From contig CAJMQN010000002.1 in the NCBI GenBank assembly GCA_905215695.1, positions 134,610 through 198,609 of the forward strand: 64,000 bases of DNA. Direction: 5' to 3'. Both the position numbers and the translations under genes were made by a program. Below are positions 16,689 to 29,408 of this stretch, piece after piece; the first letter of the stretch is position 1; each line of letters starts with the position of its first letter. The notes beneath the pieces are model-generated. The model did no database searches. It saw only the letters and a list, made by a program, of their open reading frames with translations, and was not told the origin of the DNA. This stretch comes from an uncultured bacterium. GTDB taxonomy: Bacteria; Bacillota; Clostridia; Christensenellales; HGM11417.

Positions 16689-18794
16689 TTAATCTTCTTT
16701 CTTTCCGCGCGTCGAGATGATTTTTTCTGCAACCGACTTCGGAACCTCGGAATAGTGCGAGAACTGCATGGAGAACGAGCCTCTGCCCGACGTCCGCGAA
16801 CGCAGATCCGTCGCGTAACCGAACATCTCCGAAAGCGGGATGATCGCGTCGATGACCTTGACGCCGTTGCGGTCCTCTGTGCCCTGAATCGTGCCGCGGC
16901 GGGAGCTGACGTTGCCCATCAGGTCGCCGAAGTAGTCCTCGGGGGTCACGATCTCTACCTTCATCATCGGTTCAAGCAGAACCGGGCGCGCCTTTCTCAT
17001 GCCATCTTTAAATGCCATGGAGCCGGCGATCTTGAACGCCATTTCGGAGGAGTCAACCTCGTGATAGGAGCCGTCGAATACCGTGACCTTGAAGTCCACG
17101 ACCTCGTAGCCCGCGACGACGCCGCTCTGGCTCGCCTCCTGAATTCCCTTGTTGATCGGCTGGATATATTCCTTCGGAATCGAGCCGCCCACGGTCTCGT
17201 CCACGAACTCGTAGCCCGTGCCGGGTTCCTTGGGTTCCAAGCGAATCTTACAGTGACCGTACTGACCTTTACCGCCGGACTGCCGGATAAACTTGCCTTC
17301 CGCCTCCACGCTGTCGCGGATGGTTTCGCGGTACGCAACCTGCGGCTGACCGACGTTCGCCTCAACCTTGAACTCGCGCAGAAGTCTGTCAACGATAATT
17401 TCAAGGTGAAGCTCGCCCATGCCGGCGATGATGGTCTGCCCCGTCTCCGTATCCGTGTAGGTCTTGAAGGTCGGGTCCTCTTCCGCCAGCTTGACCAGCG
17501 CGAGAACCATCTTCTCCTGTCCCTGTTTGGTCTTGGGCTCGATGGCGACCTTGATGACCGGATCCGGGAATTCCATGCTCTCGAGCACGATCGGGTGTTT
17601 CTCGTCGCAGAGAGTATCTCCCGTCGTGGTGTCCTTTAAACCTACGATCGCCGCGATGTCGCCCGCGTACATCTCTTCGATGTCCTGACGGTGGTTCGCG
17701 TGCATAAGAACGAGACGCCCGATGCGCTCCTTCTTCTGCTTGGTCGAGTTATAGACATAGGAACCTGCCTGAAGTACGCCGCTGTAGTCGCGGAAGTACG
17801 CAAGTTTTCCGACGAAGGGATCCGCAACAATTTTGAACGCGAGACCCGCAAAGGGTGCGTTGTCGTCGGAGGGACGCTCCTCCTCTTCTCCCGTGTCAGG
17901 ATTGGTTCCCTTGATGTGGGGAACGTCAATCGGGGAAGGCATATACTCGATAACGCTGTCCAGAAGTTTCTGTACGCCCTTATTTCTGTAGGATGTGCCG
18001 CAGATGACCGGGGTCATCTTCAGCCCGATGGTTGCGGTACGAATCGCCTTCTTGAGCTCTTCGATACTCGGCTCCTCGCCCTCGAGGAATTTTTCCATGA
18101 GAACGTCGTCCTCGCCGGACAGGAACTCGACAAGTTCCGCACGCGCGGTTTCGCACTTGTCCTTCATGTCCTCGGGAATCTCTTGCTCCCGCATCGCGGT
18201 GCCGAGGTCGTCCGTGTAGATGGTCGCCTTCATGGTCAGAAGATCGACATAGCCCTGGAAGGTGTCCTCCTTCCCGATGGGAAGGCAGATGGGCAGAGCG
18301 TTCGCCTTCAGACGCTCGCGCATCATGTGCACGCAGTTGTCGAAGTTCGCTCCGTTGATATCCATCTTATTGACGTACGCCATACGCGGTACGCCGTACT
18401 TGTCCGCCTGATGCCAGACGGTCTCGGACTGCGGCTCAACGCCGCCCTTCGCGCAGAATACCGAAACGGCTCCGTCCAAAACGCGTAGGGAACGCTCCAC
18501 CTCGACGGTGAAGTCCACGTGTCCGGGGGTGTCGATGATGTTGATCTTGTGCTCGGGGAATTGCTGGCGGGATCCCATCCACTTGCAAGTCGTCGCAGCG
18601 GACTGAATCGTGATGCCGCGCTCCTGCTCCTGCACCATGAAATCCATCGTCGCCGCGCCGTCGTGTACCTCGCCGAGCTTGTGCGTCTTGCCCGTGTAGA
18701 ACAGGATACGCTCGGTCGTCGTAGTCTTGCCCGCGTCGATGTGAGCCATGATGCCGATGTTTCTCACGCGTGAGATTTCGATTTCTCTTGCCAT
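16689..18794 (-). CDS. fusA: Translation elongation factor G
   Basis: [32 protein letters not shown] and NKMD motifs. 701 aa. Confidence 0.98.
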   Translation of the reverse strand: MAREIEISRVRNIGIMAHIDAGKTTTTERILFYTGKTHKLGEVHDGAATMDFMVQEQERGITIQSAATTCKWMGSRQQFPEHKINIIDTPGHVDFTVEVERSLRVLDGAVSVFCAKGGVEPQSETVWHQADKYGVPRMAYVNKMDINGANFDNCVHMMRERLKANALPICLPIGKEDTFQGYVDLLTMKATIYTDDLGTAMREQEIPEDMKDKCETARAELVEFLSGEDDVLMEKFLEGEEPSIEELKKAIRTATIGLKMTPVICGTSYRNKGVQKLLDSVIEYMPSPIDVPHIKGTNPDTGEEEERPSDDNAPFAGLAFKIVADPFVGKLAYFRDYSGVLQAGSYVYNSTKQKKERIGRLVLMHANHRQDIEEMYAGDIAAIVGLKDTTTGDTLCDEKHPIVLESMEFPDPVIKVAIEPKTKQGQEKMVLALVKLAEEDPTFKTYTDTETGQTIIAGMGELHLEIIVDRLLREFKVEANVGQPQVAYRETIRDSVEAEGKFIRQSGGKGQYGHCKIRLEPKEPGTGYEFVDETVGGSIPKEYIQPINKGIQEASQSGVVAGYEVVDFKVTVFDGSYHEVDSSEMAFKIAGSMAFKDGMRKARPVLLEPMMKVEIVTPEDYFGDLMGNVSSRRGTIQGTEDRNGVKVIDAIIPLSEMFGYATDLRSRTSGRGSFSMQFSHYSEVPKSVAEKIISTRGKKED

Positions 18795-18806
18795 ACGCTT
18801 CTCCTA

Positions 18807-19498
<692 letters not shown>

Positions 19499-19870
19499 TT
19501 ACTTAGGCCGCTTGGTACCGTACAGCGATCTCGACTGCCTGCGCTTGGCGATGCCGGCGGTATCCAGCGCGCCGCGGATAATGTGATAGCGCACGCCGGG
19601 GAGATCCTTCACTCTGCCGCCGCGAACGAGGACAGAGCTGTGCTCCTGCAGATTGTGACCTTCGCCGGGAATGTACACCGTACCTTCCTGACCGTTGGTC
19701 AGTCTGACCCTCGCGATCTTGCGGAGCGCGGAGTTCGGCTTTTTGGGGGAAGTCGTCGTGACCGAAAGGCAAACGCCCCTCTTCTGCGGACACTTGTCCA
19801 GAATCGGGGAATTGGACTTTACGACCAATTTCTCTCTTCCCTGCCTAATTAACTGATTGATGGTTGGCAT
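19499..19870 (-). CDS. rpsL: 30S ribosomal protein S12
   Basis: [14 protein letters not shown]...[18 protein letters not shown]. Confidence 0.97.
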   Translation of the reverse strand: MPTINQLIRQGREKLVVKSNSPILDKCPQKRGVCLSVTTTSPKKPNSALRKIARVRLTNGQEGTVYIPGEGHNLQEHSSVLVRGGRVKDLPGVRYHIIRGALDTAGIAKRRQSRSLYGTKRPK

Positions 19871-19904
19871 TCTTTAACCTCCTTGTAGATTTTGTAATAT
19901 ATCC

Positions 19905-20168
19905 TCATTCTGTCTCCAGAATGGCGATAACGGATGCGCCGACGTCAATATCACAGCATTCCCCGAGTTCACGCATGGTGAACGCGGAGACGTGCGAGAC
20001 GCCCTGCTTTGCACACGCCGCGCACAGTTCTGCCCGAAGAGGCTCGTCTGCGTCCGACGCGATAATGACCATTTTTGCACGCTTCCCCTCGAGACTCCGC
20101 CGGGTCTGTTTCAGCCCCGCAACGAACGTCTTTTTCCGGAGAAGCGACTGCAATTCGTCGATTCCCAT
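19905..20168 (-). CDS. L7Ae/L30e-family ribosome-associated protein (YbxF-like)
   Basis: MGIDELQSLLRKKTFVAGLKQTRRSLEGKRAKMVIIASDADEPL... resembles B. subtilis YbxF, and the gene holds the same rpoC-to-rpsL position. The start is ATG 20168, or GTG 20177 as in the track. The RBS is weak. Confidence 0.75.
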   Translation of the reverse strand: MGIDELQSLLRKKTFVAGLKQTRRSLEGKRAKMVIIASDADEPLRAELCAACAKQGVSHVSAFTMRELGECCDIDVGASVIAILETE

Positions 20169-20185
20169 TTTTTGCACCGAAATTT

Positions 20186-20215
20186 ATTTTATCATACTTT
20201 GCCCCCGCCCGTCAA
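20186..20215 (-). promoter_or_regulatory. Candidate sigma-A promoter for the L7Ae-rpsL-rpsG-fusA-tuf (str) operon
   Basis: Minus strand TTGACG-18 nt-TAAAAT with extended -10 (TGaTAAAAT). It overlaps a 7-bp GC hairpin (gcccccg/cgggggc) that follows the rpoC stop. Confidence 0.4.
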
Positions 20216-20244
20216 ACGTTCGGGGGCATTTTCAAAGCAGATTT

Positions 20245-23200
20245 TCAGTTTTCGGCGATATCCTTGCCCGAAACGACCACCGGCGTGATGTTTTTGTAGT
20301 CCTTCATGCCTGTGCCCGCGGGAATGAGCTTGCCGATGATGACGTTTTCCTTCAAGCCGATCAGCGGGTCAATCTTGTTCTTGATTGCCGCCTCGGTCAG
20401 CACCCTCGCCGTCTCCTGGAAGGATGCCGCCGCGAGAAAGGAATCCGTCGCAAGGGACGCCTTGGTTACGCCGAGCAGAACGCGTTTCGCGACCGCCGGA
20501 CGCCCGCCGTCCATGAGAGCCTTCTCGTTCTCTTCCTCGAAGTGGAAGATATCGACGAGTTCGCCCGGGAGAATATTCGTGTCTCCGACGTCCTCGACCT
20601 TGACCTTTTTGAGCATCTGCCGGACAATGATTTCGATATGCTTGTCATTGATCTCAACGCCCTGATTGCGGTAGGTGGACTGCACCTGATTGAGAAGGTA
20701 CTCCTGTACACCCTTGACGCCCTTGGTCTTGAGAATGTCGTGCGGGTTGACCGAGCCCTTGGTGAGCACGGTACCCGGTTCGAGACGGTCCCCCGTCTTG
20801 ACCTTGAGATGCGCGCCGTAGGGAATCGAATACTCTTTGTCATCCCCGTCTTCGACGCGGACGATGACCTTCTTCAAACCGTTGTGGTCCTCGGCAATTT
20901 CGCACACGCCGCTGTATTCGCAGACAATCGCGACGCCCTTCGGCTTGCGTGCCTCGAAGAGCTCTTCGATTCTCGGAAGACCCTGCGTGATGTCGTCGCC
21001 GGACGCGACGCCGCCGGTGTGGAAGGTTCTCATCGTGAGCTGGGTGCCCGGCTCGCCGATGGACTGCGCCGCGATGATGCCCACCGCCTCGCCAATCTTA
21101 ACCGGGTTGCCGTCCGCAAGGTTCATGCCGTAGCACTTCGCGCAGACGCCGTTTCTCGATTTACAGGTCAGAATACTGCGGATATTCACCGCCGTGACCC
21201 CTGCCGCGACAATCTTCTTGCCCAACGCCTCGGTAATCATCTCGCCCTCGGGCACAATGACTTCGCCGGTCTTGGGGTCGAGAACATCCGCCGCCGTAAA
21301 TCTGCCCAGAATGCGGTCGTACAGCGATTCGATGACCTCAGTTTCCTTGTCGCCCGTGATAGCGGTGACCAAAACGCCCTTCGGCTTTTCGCCGCTTGCC
21401 GCAAAGCAGTCGTCCTCGCGGATAATGACCTCCTGCGAGACGTCCACGAGACGCCGGGTCAGATACCCCGAGTCCGCGGTCTTGAGCGCGGTATCCGCAA
21501 GACCCTTTCTGCCGCCGTGAGAGGAGATGAAGTATTCGAGAATGGTCAAGCCCTCGCGGAAGTTCGCGCGGACGGGCACTTCGATGATTTTACCCGAAGG
21601 ATCGCTCATGAGTCCGCGCATGCCGGCAAGCTGACGAATCTGATTCATGTTGCCGCGCGCGCCGGAGTTCGCCATCATCCAAATGGGGTTGAAGTCGTCG
21701 AGTCCGTCCTTCAGCGCCTGCGTGACCTTATCCGTCACGTCGTTCCAAACTTCCACGACGCCTTTGTACCGCTCGTCTTTCGTGATGAAACCGCGGCGGT
21801 AACGCTTTTCGATGTCAAGTACCTTCTTGTCCGCCTCGGCGAGGTATTCCTTCTTCTTGGCGGGAATGTGCATGTCGAACACTGAGGTCGTGATCGCGCC
21901 AAGCGTGGAGTACTTGTAACCCATTGACTTGATTTTGTCCAACATTTCCGCGGTCGCAGAGGAGCCGTTGACCTTGAAACACTTCTCGACAATCTGCTGA
22001 AGTTGTTTCTTGCCGACAAGCATGTCGATTTCGAGGTCGAGCTGGTCCTCGGGCGTCTCGCGCTTTGCAAAGCCGAGATTCTGCGGAATGCTCTCATTGA
22101 AGAGAATCTTGCCGACGGTGGTCTTGATATTCTTCTGATAGACCTTGCCGTCGATCTCGCGGGTCACGCGGACAAAGATTTCCGCTTGGAGTTCAATCTC
22201 CTTGGTCTGGTATGCCATGACGGCTTCATCCTTGTCGATGAAGTGCCTGCCCTCTCCCTTGCCCCCTTTTCTGACGATGGTCAGATAGTAGGAGCCGAGA
22301 ACCATGTCCTGCGTCGGGCTCATGACCGGCTTGCCGTCCGAAAGTTTCAGAATGTTGTTGGAGGCGAGCATCAGGAAACGCGCCTCGGTCTGCGCCTCGA
22401 TGGAGAGCGGAACGTGCACCGCCATTTGGTCGCCGTCGAAGTCGGCGTTGAACGCCGAACAGACGAGCGGGTGCAGTTTGAGCGCGCGCCCCTCGATGAG
22501 CACGGGCTCGAACGCCTGAATGGACAGTCTGTGCAGGGTCGGCGCGCGGTTTAAGAGCACCGGATGGTCCTTGATGACCTCTTCGAGAATGTCCCAAACC
22601 GCGGGTTTTGCGCGCTCGACCGCGCGCTTTGCGCTCTTGATGTTGTGCGCCTGATTGGTCTCGACAAGTTTCTTCATGACAAAGGGCTTGAAGAGCTCGA
22701 GCGCCATTTCCTTCGGGAGACCGCACTGATAGAGTTTCAGCTCGGGACCTACGACGATAACCGAACGTCCGGAGTAGTCCACGCGCTTGCCGAGGAGGTT
22801 CTGACGGAACCGCCCCTGCTTGCCGCGGAGCATTCCCGAAAGGGATTTGAGCTCGCGGTTGCCGGGTCCGGAAATCGCCTTGCCCCTGCGACCGTTGTCG
22901 ATGAGCGCGTCCACGGCTTCCTGAAGCATACGCTTCTCGTTGCGGACGATGATGTCCGGCGCGCCCAGCTCCATGAGACGCTTTAACCGGTTGTTCCGGT
23001 TGATGACGCGGCGGTAAAGGTCGTTTAAATCCGAGGTTGCAAACCGTCCGCCGTCCAACTGCACCATCGGGCGGAGTTCGGGCGGAATGACCGGCAGAAC
23101 GTCCAAAATCATCCATTCGGGGCGGTTGCCGCTCTTGCGGAAGGACTCGATAATCTCAATCCGCTTGATGGCGCGCACGCGTTTCTGACCCGTTGCGTTC

Positions 23201-23790
23201 GCGATGATGTTCTTCATCTCCTCGGCGTCCTTGTCGAGGTCGATCGCCATCAGGAGTTCCTTGATGACTTCCGCACCCATGCCGGCTTTGAAACCGTTGG
23301 GTCCGAACTTCTCCACCGCCTCGCGGTACTCACGGTCGGAGATAATCTGCTTATAGGCGAATCCCGAATCGCCGGGATCGATGACGATATAGCTCGCAAA
23401 GTACAGCACCTGCTCGAGGGCTTTCGGGGAAAGGTCGAGAAGAAGCCCGATACGGGAGGGCACGCCTCTGAAATACCAAATGTGCGAGACCGGCGCGGCG
23501 AGTTCGATGTGCCCCATGCGCTCCCGGCGAACCTTCGCGCGGGTGACTTCGACGCCGCACTTGTCGCAGATAACGCCCTTATAGCGAATCCGCTTGTATT
23601 TTCCGCAGTGGCACTCCCAGTCCTTCATTGGCCCGAAGATGCGCTCGCAGAACAGTCCGTCTCTCTCCGGCTTCTGCGTGCGGTAGTTGATGGTCTCCGG
23701 CTTTGTGACTTCGCCGTAGGACCACTCTCTGATCTTCTCCGGGGAAGCGACGCCGATCTGTATGGAATCAAAATTATTCAACTCAAACAT
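20245..23790 (-). CDS. rpoC: DNA-directed RNA polymerase subunit beta'
   Basis: Zinc-binding [23 protein letters not shown] and catalytic [16 protein letters not shown]. 1181 aa. Confidence 0.98.
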   Translation of the reverse strand: MFELNNFDSIQIGVASPEKIREWSYGEVTKPETINYRTQKPERDGLFCERIFGPMKDWECHCGKYKRIRYKGVICDKCGVEVTRAKVRRERMGHIELAAPVSHIWYFRGVPSRIGLLLDLSPKALEQVLYFASYIVIDPGDSGFAYKQIISDREYREAVEKFGPNGFKAGMGAEVIKELLMAIDLDKDAEEMKNIIANATGQKRVRAIKRIEIIESFRKSGNRPEWMILDVLPVIPPELRPMVQLDGGRFATSDLNDLYRRVINRNNRLKRLMELGAPDIIVRNEKRMLQEAVDALIDNGRRGKAISGPGNRELKSLSGMLRGKQGRFRQNLLGKRVDYSGRSVIVVGPELKLYQCGLPKEMALELFKPFVMKKLVETNQAHNIKSAKRAVERAKPAVWDILEEVIKDHPVLLNRAPTLHRLSIQAFEPVLIEGRALKLHPLVCSAFNADFDGDQMAVHVPLSIEAQTEARFLMLASNNILKLSDGKPVMSPTQDMVLGSYYLTIVRKGGKGEGRHFIDKDEAVMAYQTKEIELQAEIFVRVTREIDGKVYQKNIKTTVGKILFNESIPQNLGFAKRETPEDQLDLEIDMLVGKKQLQQIVEKCFKVNGSSATAEMLDKIKSMGYKYSTLGAITTSVFDMHIPAKKKEYLAEADKKVLDIEKRYRRGFITKDERYKGVVEVWNDVTDKVTQALKDGLDDFNPIWMMANSGARGNMNQIRQLAGMRGLMSDPSGKIIEVPVRANFREGLTILEYFISSHGGRKGLADTALKTADSGYLTRRLVDVSQEVIIREDDCFAASGEKPKGVLVTAITGDKETEVIESLYDRILGRFTAADVLDPKTGEVIVPEGEMITEALGKKIVAAGVTAVNIRSILTCKSRNGVCAKCYGMNLADGNPVKIGEAVGIIAAQSIGEPGTQLTMRTFHTGGVASGDDITQGLPRIEELFEARKPKGVAIVCEYSGVCEIAEDHNGLKKVIVRVEDGDDKEYSIPYGAHLKVKTGDRLEPGTVLTKGSVNPHDILKTKGVKGVQEYLLNQVQSTYRNQGVEINDKHIEIIVRQMLKKVKVEDVGDTNILPGELVDIFHFEEENEKALMDGGRPAVAKRVLLGVTKASLATDSFLAAASFQETARVLTEAAIKNKIDPLIGLKENVIIGKLIPAGTGMKDYKNITPVVVSGKDIAEN

Positions 23791-23847
23791 ATTCTATCTA
23801 ATCTCCTAATCCAAGGTTAAAGGCAAACGACCGACAAAACGAAAAAA

Positions 23848-26800
23848 TTAAATTTCCTCGTCGTCGTCAAATTCGAACAGATCGGAAGCGTCGAAACTGA
23901 GTTCGTCGCTCTCGGAGGCGAAGTTGTCTTCAAAAATGTCCTTCTTGTCCTCCTCTTCCTTGTCGAGGGAGAGTTCGACCTCCTTGAGATCCTCGGCATC
24001 GTCCGCCAGATTGAGGTCGAAGATGTCGCGGTCGTCGTCGATGAGGTCTTTGATTCCCACCTCTTCCTTGTCTTCGGTGAGAACTTTGACGTCAAGCGCA
24101 AGGGATTGGAATTCCTTGATCAGAACCTTAAAGGATTCCGGAATTCCCGGCTCGGAGATGTTGTCGCCCTTGACGATGCTCTCATAGGTCTTGACACGAC
24201 CCACGACGTCGTCGGACTTGACGGTCAGAATCTCCTGCAAGATATTCGCCGCGCCGTACGCCTCGAGCGCCCAGACTTCCATTTCGCCGAAACGCTGACC
24301 GCCGAACTGCGCCTTGCCGCCCAAGGGCTGCTGCGTGACGAGGGAATAGGGTCCCGTGGAACGCGCGTGCATCTTGTCATCGACGAGGTGGCAGAGCTTG
24401 AGGTAGTACATATACCCCACCGTGACGGTGTTCTCGAAGGGCTCGCCCGTTCTGCCGTCGTAGAGCTGAATCTTTCCGTCAACCTTGCCGGAGGCGTTCA
24501 CAAAGCCGTTCTCCGCGAGAAGTTCCTTGATGTCCGCCTCGTGCGCGCCGTCGAACACCGGCGTGGAGATGTGCCAGCCGAGCGCCTTTGCGACGAGTCC
24601 GAGGTGAACCTCGAGCACCTGCCCGATGTTCATACGCGAGGGAACGCCCAAGGGGTTTAAGACGATCTGAAGGGGCGTACCGTCCGCGAGGAAAGGCATA
24701 TCCTCGGGGTCGAGAATGCGGGAAATAACACCCTTGTTGCCGTGGCGTCCCGCCATCTTGTCGCCGACGGAAATCTTACGCTTCTGCGCGATATACACGC
24801 GAACGAGCTTGTTGACGCCGGGCGAAAGTTCGTCCTTGTTTTCGCGGGTGAAGATCTTGACGTCCACGACAACGCCCCACTCGCCGTGGGGAACGCGCAG
24901 AGAGGTGTCGCGCACCTCGCGCGCCTTCTCGCCGAAGATCGCGCGGAGCAGTCTCTCCTCCGGGGTCAGTTCGGTCTCGCCCTTCGGGGTGACTTTGCCG
25001 ACGAGAATGTCTCCGGAACGCACCTCCGCGCCCACGCGGATGATGCCGTCCTCGTCCAAATCCTTCAGCGCGTCATCGCCGACATTGGGAATGTCCCGGG
25101 TGATTTCTTCCTCGCCGAGCTTTGTGTCACGGGACTCGAGTTCATGCTCCTCAATGTGAATCGAAGTGAACCAATCGTCCTGCACGAGCTGGCGGGAGAT
25201 GAGAACCGCGTCCTCGTAGTTGTAGCCCTCCCAGGTCATAAACCCGATCAGAACATTTCTGCCGAGCGCGAGCTCGCCCCCCTCTGTCGAGGGTCCGTCC
25301 GCGATGACCTGACCCTTTGCGACAGCCTCGCCCTTGCGGACGATGGGGCGCTGGTTCATACAGGTCGCCTGATTGGAACGCTCGTATTTCTTTAGAATAT
25401 AGGTATCGACGTCACCGTCCTCTCTGCGCACGCGAATCTGCGCCGCATCGACAAAGTCCACGACGCCCGCGTTTCTCGCGATGACCATGACGCCAGAGTC
25501 GTAGGCAATCTTGCCCTCGATTCCCGTCGCCACGATGGGCGCCTCGGGACGAAGGAGCGGAACAGCCTGCCGCTGCATGTTCGAGCCCATGAGCGCGCGG
25601 TTGGTATCGTCGTTCTCAAGGAAGGGAATCAGCGCGGTTGCGACCGAAATCAGCATCTTCGGGCTGACGTCCATATAGTCGATCTCCATCTTGGAGACCT
25701 CGATGATGTCCTCTTTTCTGCGGCAGGTCACGCGGTCGTGCACGAAACGTCCAGTTTCGTCCAATTCCTCGTTCGCCTGCGCGACGGTATATTTGTCCTC
25801 CTCGTCGGCGGGCATGTAGCGCACCTCGTCGGTGACGACGGGCTCGCCGTTTTCGTCCCTGATAACCTTGCGGTAGGGCGCCTCGATAAAGCCGTATTCG
25901 TTGATCTTCGCGAAGGTCGAAAGCGAGGAAATCAGACCGATGTTCTGACCTTCCGGCGTCTCGATCGGGCACATTCTGCCGTAGTGCGAGTGGTGAACGT
26001 CGCGGACGTCGAATGTCGCGCGGTCGCGGTTCAAGCCGCCGGGACCGAGCGCGGAGAGCTTTCTCTTGTGGGTCAGCTCCGCAATTGGGTTTGTTTGGTC
26101 CATGAACTGCGAGAGCTGGGAACTTCCGAAGAACTCCTTGATCGCGCTCGTCACGGGACGGATATTGATGAGGGTCTGCGGGGTGACTTCCGCCTGATCC
26201 TGCGTCGCCATGCGCTCCTTAATGACGCGCTCGAGACGCGCGACGCCGATGCGGAACTGATTTTGGAGCAGCTCCCCGACCGAACGCACACGGCGGTTGC
26301 CGAGGTGGTCGATGTTGTCCGTCTGCCCGATTCCGCAGTTGAGGTCGAGATTGTTGGAAACCGTCGCGATAATGTCGTCGATGGTGATATGTTTGTGATT
26401 GAGAACGTCGGTCAGCGCCTTGATCGCGTTGCGGCTCTCAAAGCTGTCGTCATAATTCGCCTTGCCCTCAATACGCGCGTTGAATTCCACCGAGGCGAGA
26501 ATGAACCGCTCGCGGTGCTTGCGGTACTCGTCCGCGTCCGAATCCGTCGCCTTCTCGTTGATGTACAGAATGGCGTTGATCTCCTGCTTGAGATTCTCGG
26601 AGATGGTCTCGATCGAACTGCCGCCGTTGAAGAGGTCCGCAATGTTCTTGGAGAACTGCATGGTCGGGTAGTGCACGAACTCGAGGAGACCGAACGCCTT
26701 GGGGTCGAGTCCCGTCACCGCTTTAAAACTCACGGTGTTGTTGCCGATAATCTTGTGCTTTCTGCCCTTGAAGTCCACGTAAATCTCGTTGATTCCCGCG

Positions 26801-27765
26801 TTCTGAATTTCCTTTGCGACTTCCTCGGGAATGACGTCCCCCGCCCGAACAAAGAGTTCGCCGGTCTCGGGGTTGACGATGTCCTCCGCCGCCTGCTGAC
26901 CCGCCGCGCGGGAAGCAAGGTTGAGCTTTTTATTGAATTTGTATCTGCCGACCCGCGCGAGGTCGTACCGTCTGTAGTCGAACAGAAGGTTGTTGAGCTG
27001 TGTCTTGACCGCGTCCTCGGTCGGGACTTCGCCCGGACGCAGACGCTTGTAGAGCTCGACAAGCGCTTCCCCTTCGGTCTTGGCGGTGTCCTTCTCGAGG
27101 GTCGCCTTGATGATGGGGTCGTTGTCAAAGATTTCGAGGAGCGTGCTGTCCGTCGAAAAGCCGAGAGAGCGCAGGAGCACGGTCGCGGTGACCTTTCTCG
27201 TGCGGTCCACGTGCACCCACAAAACGTCGTTGCCGTCCTGCTCGAATTCGAGCCAAGCGCCGCGGTTCGGAATGACGGTGGTGTCGAAGAGATCCTTTCC
27301 GGTCTTGTCCAGACGCTTGCCGTTATAGACGCCCGGCGAGCGGACGAGCTGAGAGACGATGACGCGCTCCGCGCCGTTGATGATGAAGGAGCCGTTGTCC
27401 GTCATGAGCGGGAAATCGCCCATGAACACCTCTTGGTCAATGACGGAGCCGGTGTCCTTGCAGACAAGCCGGACCTTGACCTTTAAGGGACGGGCAAAGG
27501 TCGCGTCGCGGTCGCGGCACTCCTTCTCCGAATATTTGGGTTCGCCCTCGAGGGTATGGTCGAGGAAGTAGAGTTCGTAGTGCTTGGAGAAGTCCTTGAT
27601 CGGCGAAAAGTCCTGAAAGACCTCGCGGATTCCCTCCTTGATGAAGTTCTGGTAAGAATCCTTTTGTACCTCGATCAGGTAGGGAATCTCCAAGGGTTCC
27701 TTGATCTTGGAAAAGCAAATTCTCTCTCTTGTTCCGCATTTCACCTTGTGAATGTTTCGCGTCAT
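23848..27765 (-). CDS. rpoB: DNA-directed RNA polymerase subunit beta (1305 aa, long acidic C-terminal tail)
   Basis: [28 protein letters not shown] and [26 protein letters not shown]. Confidence 0.98.
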   Translation of the reverse strand: MTRNIHKVKCGTRERICFSKIKEPLEIPYLIEVQKDSYQNFIKEGIREVFQDFSPIKDFSKHYELYFLDHTLEGEPKYSEKECRDRDATFARPLKVKVRLVCKDTGSVIDQEVFMGDFPLMTDNGSFIINGAERVIVSQLVRSPGVYNGKRLDKTGKDLFDTTVIPNRGAWLEFEQDGNDVLWVHVDRTRKVTATVLLRSLGFSTDSTLLEIFDNDPIIKATLEKDTAKTEGEALVELYKRLRPGEVPTEDAVKTQLNNLLFDYRRYDLARVGRYKFNKKLNLASRAAGQQAAEDIVNPETGELFVRAGDVIPEEVAKEIQNAGINEIYVDFKGRKHKIIGNNTVSFKAVTGLDPKAFGLLEFVHYPTMQFSKNIADLFNGGSSIETISENLKQEINAILYINEKATDSDADEYRKHRERFILASVEFNARIEGKANYDDSFESRNAIKALTDVLNHKHITIDDIIATVSNNLDLNCGIGQTDNIDHLGNRRVRSVGELLQNQFRIGVARLERVIKERMATQDQAEVTPQTLINIRPVTSAIKEFFGSSQLSQFMDQTNPIAELTHKRKLSALGPGGLNRDRATFDVRDVHHSHYGRMCPIETPEGQNIGLISSLSTFAKINEYGFIEAPYRKVIRDENGEPVVTDEVRYMPADEEDKYTVAQANEELDETGRFVHDRVTCRRKEDIIEVSKMEIDYMDVSPKMLISVATALIPFLENDDTNRALMGSNMQRQAVPLLRPEAPIVATGIEGKIAYDSGVMVIARNAGVVDFVDAAQIRVRREDGDVDTYILKKYERSNQATCMNQRPIVRKGEAVAKGQVIADGPSTEGGELALGRNVLIGFMTWEGYNYEDAVLISRQLVQDDWFTSIHIEEHELESRDTKLGEEEITRDIPNVGDDALKDLDEDGIIRVGAEVRSGDILVGKVTPKGETELTPEERLLRAIFGEKAREVRDTSLRVPHGEWGVVVDVKIFTRENKDELSPGVNKLVRVYIAQKRKISVGDKMAGRHGNKGVISRILDPEDMPFLADGTPLQIVLNPLGVPSRMNIGQVLEVHLGLVAKALGWHISTPVFDGAHEADIKELLAENGFVNASGKVDGKIQLYDGRTGEPFENTVTVGYMYYLKLCHLVDDKMHARSTGPYSLVTQQPLGGKAQFGGQRFGEMEVWALEAYGAANILQEILTVKSDDVVGRVKTYESIVKGDNISEPGIPESFKVLIKEFQSLALDVKVLTEDKEEVGIKDLIDDDRDIFDLNLADDAEDLKEVELSLDKEEEDKKDIFEDNFASESDELSFDASDLFEFDDDEEI

Positions 27766-27798
27766 GAAAAAACACTCCTTAAAAATTTGAATAAGTTA

Positions 27799-27827
27799 TT
27801 GAAACTTTTGCACTTTTGGTGTATAAT
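27799..27827 (+). promoter_or_regulatory. Near-consensus sigma-A promoter directed toward rqcP-ispDF-radA
   Basis: TTGAAA-17 nt-TATAAT. Predicted TSS near 27834, about 170 nt upstream of ATG 28008. Confidence 0.55.
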
Positions 27828-27940
27828 GCAGTCAGATGAATGCATTACCATCAACAACCAATCCAATATTATACCTGCGTTCCAAGCTTTTGAACCTCAC
27901 ATAAAACGGGAAAAAGCGGTACTCCCAGCCATAATAGTGC

Positions 27941-27977
27941 ATTTTAATATATTAGTACTTTTTCGTCAATACGTCAA
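27941..27977 (-). promoter_or_regulatory. Tandem candidate sigma-A promoters for rpoB
   Basis: On the minus strand, TTGACG-17 nt-TAATAT has -35 at 27972-27977 and -10 at 27949-27954. An overlapping TTGACG-17 nt-TAAAAT has -35 at 27964-27969 and -10 at 27941-27946. Confidence 0.5.
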
Positions 27978-28007
27978 GCATTTTTAATAAGGATATAACG
28001 AAATCTT

Positions 28008-28250
28008 ATGCGTTTGGACAAATTTTTGAAGGTTTCGCGCCTCCTGAAACGGCGCACTGTAGCAAACGAGGCGTGCGGCAAGGACCGCGTGCTCGTCAAC
28101 GGCAAGGAAGCAAAGCCCGCCAAGGAAGTCAAGTCCGGGGATACCGTGACCATTCGGTTCGGGGACAGGGAATTTTCGGTGCGCGTGCTCTCCGTGGAAA
28201 ACGCGGTAAAAAAAGAGGACGCCGCCGCCATGTACGAGGTGCTTTCGTGA
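28008..28250 (+). CDS. rqcP: S4-domain RNA-binding protein, RqcP/YabO-like (ribosome quality control)
   Basis: MRLDKFLKVSRLLKRRTVANEACGKDRVLVNGKEAKPAKEVKSGDTVTIRFGDREFSVRVL closely parallels B. subtilis YabO as I recall it. 80 aa. Confidence 0.7.
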   Translation: MRLDKFLKVSRLLKRRTVANEACGKDRVLVNGKEAKPAKEVKSGDTVTIRFGDREFSVRVLSVENAVKKEDAAAMYEVLS

Positions 28251-29404
28251 AGACCAATGTCGTTTTGACCTGCGCCGGTTCCGGCAGCAGGTTTTCTCAT
28301 GCGCAAAACAAACTTTTTTTAGAGGTGGGCGGAAAGTCCGTTCTTCAGCACACCCTCGACGCTCTGAACCGCTGTCGGGGCATCGACCGCATCGTCCTCG
28401 TCTATGCCGAGGAGAACGCCGACCGTCTCCCCTCCCTGCGCTCGGAGATTCCGCTCGAGTTCGTGCTCGGCGGCGAATCCCGCACCCGCTCGGTCAAGAA
28501 CGGGCTTGCGGCGTGCGACTGCGACATCGTGCTCATTCACGACGGCGCGCGACCCTTCGTCACCCCCAAGACCGTCGAGGACTGTATCTCGAGCGTGTAC
28601 GAATTCGGGAGCGGAATTGCCGCCAACCGAATCACGGACACCGTCAAGGCGTGCGAGGGGGATTTCATCGACCGCACGGTCAACCGCGAAAAACTGCGCA
28701 CCGTGCAGACTCCGCAGGGGTTCTACTTAAAGGATATCCGGGACGCCTACGCACAGGTCTCGGACGAGAGTTTATTTGACGACAGCGAGGTCTATGAGCG
28801 GGCGGGCAAACGCCCCCACCTCTTTTATGCCGACCGCGCCAATCTCAAAATCACCTATCCCGAGGATCTCAAGGCGTTCGAGCGCACCCTGCGCTCCTCC
28901 GAGGAGCTCCGGGCGGACGACAGCATACGCACCGGGTTCGGGCACGACATTCACGCCTTCGCGCGAGGACGAAAGCTCATGCTCGCGGGCGTCGAAATCC
29001 CCTATTCCATGGGGCTCGAGGGGCACAGCGACGCGGACGTGCTCGTGCACAGCGTCATGGACGCACTCCTCTCGGCGGCGGGTCTCCGGGACATCGGCTG
29101 CTATTTCCCGAACACCGACCTGAGGTACAAAAATATTTCGAGCATGAAACTTCTCGACAAGGTGCTCTTCCTCATCTTCGAACGGGGATACGCGCCCGTC
29201 AACGTCGCGGTTTCCGTCATCTGCGAACAGCCGAAACTCGCCGATCACATTCCGGACATGCGCAGAAATCTTGCCGCCGCCCTCGGGCTCCCCGAGGACA
29301 GCGTGGGAATCAGCGCGGGCACCAACGAAAAGCTCGGATTCCTCGGCGAGGGCAAGGGAATCTGCGCGCTCTGTCAGTGTTTGATTAAAAAGTGCATTTT
29401 TTAG
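28247..29404 (+). CDS. ispDF: Bifunctional IspD/IspF (MEP cytidylyltransferase / MEcPP synthase), 385 aa
   Basis: N-terminal IspD region (VVLTCAGSGSRF, IHDGARPF, VQTPQGF). C-terminal IspF region (IRTGFGHDIHAF...GHSDADVLVHSVMDALLSAAGLRDIG). The GTG start at 28247 overlaps the rqcP stop (GTGA). The track start 28073 is rejected. Confidence 0.9.
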   Translation: MKTNVVLTCAGSGSRFSHAQNKLFLEVGGKSVLQHTLDALNRCRGIDRIVLVYAEENADRLPSLRSEIPLEFVLGGESRTRSVKNGLAACDCDIVLIHDGARPFVTPKTVEDCISSVYEFGSGIAANRITDTVKACEGDFIDRTVNREKLRTVQTPQGFYLKDIRDAYAQVSDESLFDDSEVYERAGKRPHLFYADRANLKITYPEDLKAFERTLRSSEELRADDSIRTGFGHDIHAFARGRKLMLAGVEIPYSMGLEGHSDADVLVHSVMDALLSAAGLRDIGCYFPNTDLRYKNISSMKLLDKVLFLIFERGYAPVNVAVSVICEQPKLADHIPDMRRNLAAALGLPEDSVGISAGTNEKLGFLGEGKGICALCQCLIKKCIF

Positions 29405-29408
29405 GATT

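Noticed and set aside
15371-16720. 449-aa plus-strand ORF opposite tuf
   Set aside because: It is a shadow ORF antisense to EF-Tu. It would also run through the tuf promoter region and the fusA stop.
19864-21885. 673-aa plus-strand ORF opposite rpoC/L7Ae
   Set aside because: It is antisense to universally conserved genes. The translation has no motifs, and this is a typical high-GC shadow ORF. The same reasoning rejects 22003-22554, 22226-23116 and similar entries in the track.
23848-24090. Acidic C-terminal tail of RpoB, about 80 aa (…[28 protein letters not shown]…FEFDDDEEI), considered as a possible novel appendage
   Set aside because: Firmicute RpoB proteins, such as that of B. subtilis, also end in acidic tails. 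Length variation alone is not strong evidence of novelty, so it is mentioned only in the feature call.
25738-27486. 582-aa plus-strand ORF opposite rpoB
   Set aside because: It is a shadow ORF antisense to rpoB, with low-complexity Arg/Val/Asp-rich sequence.
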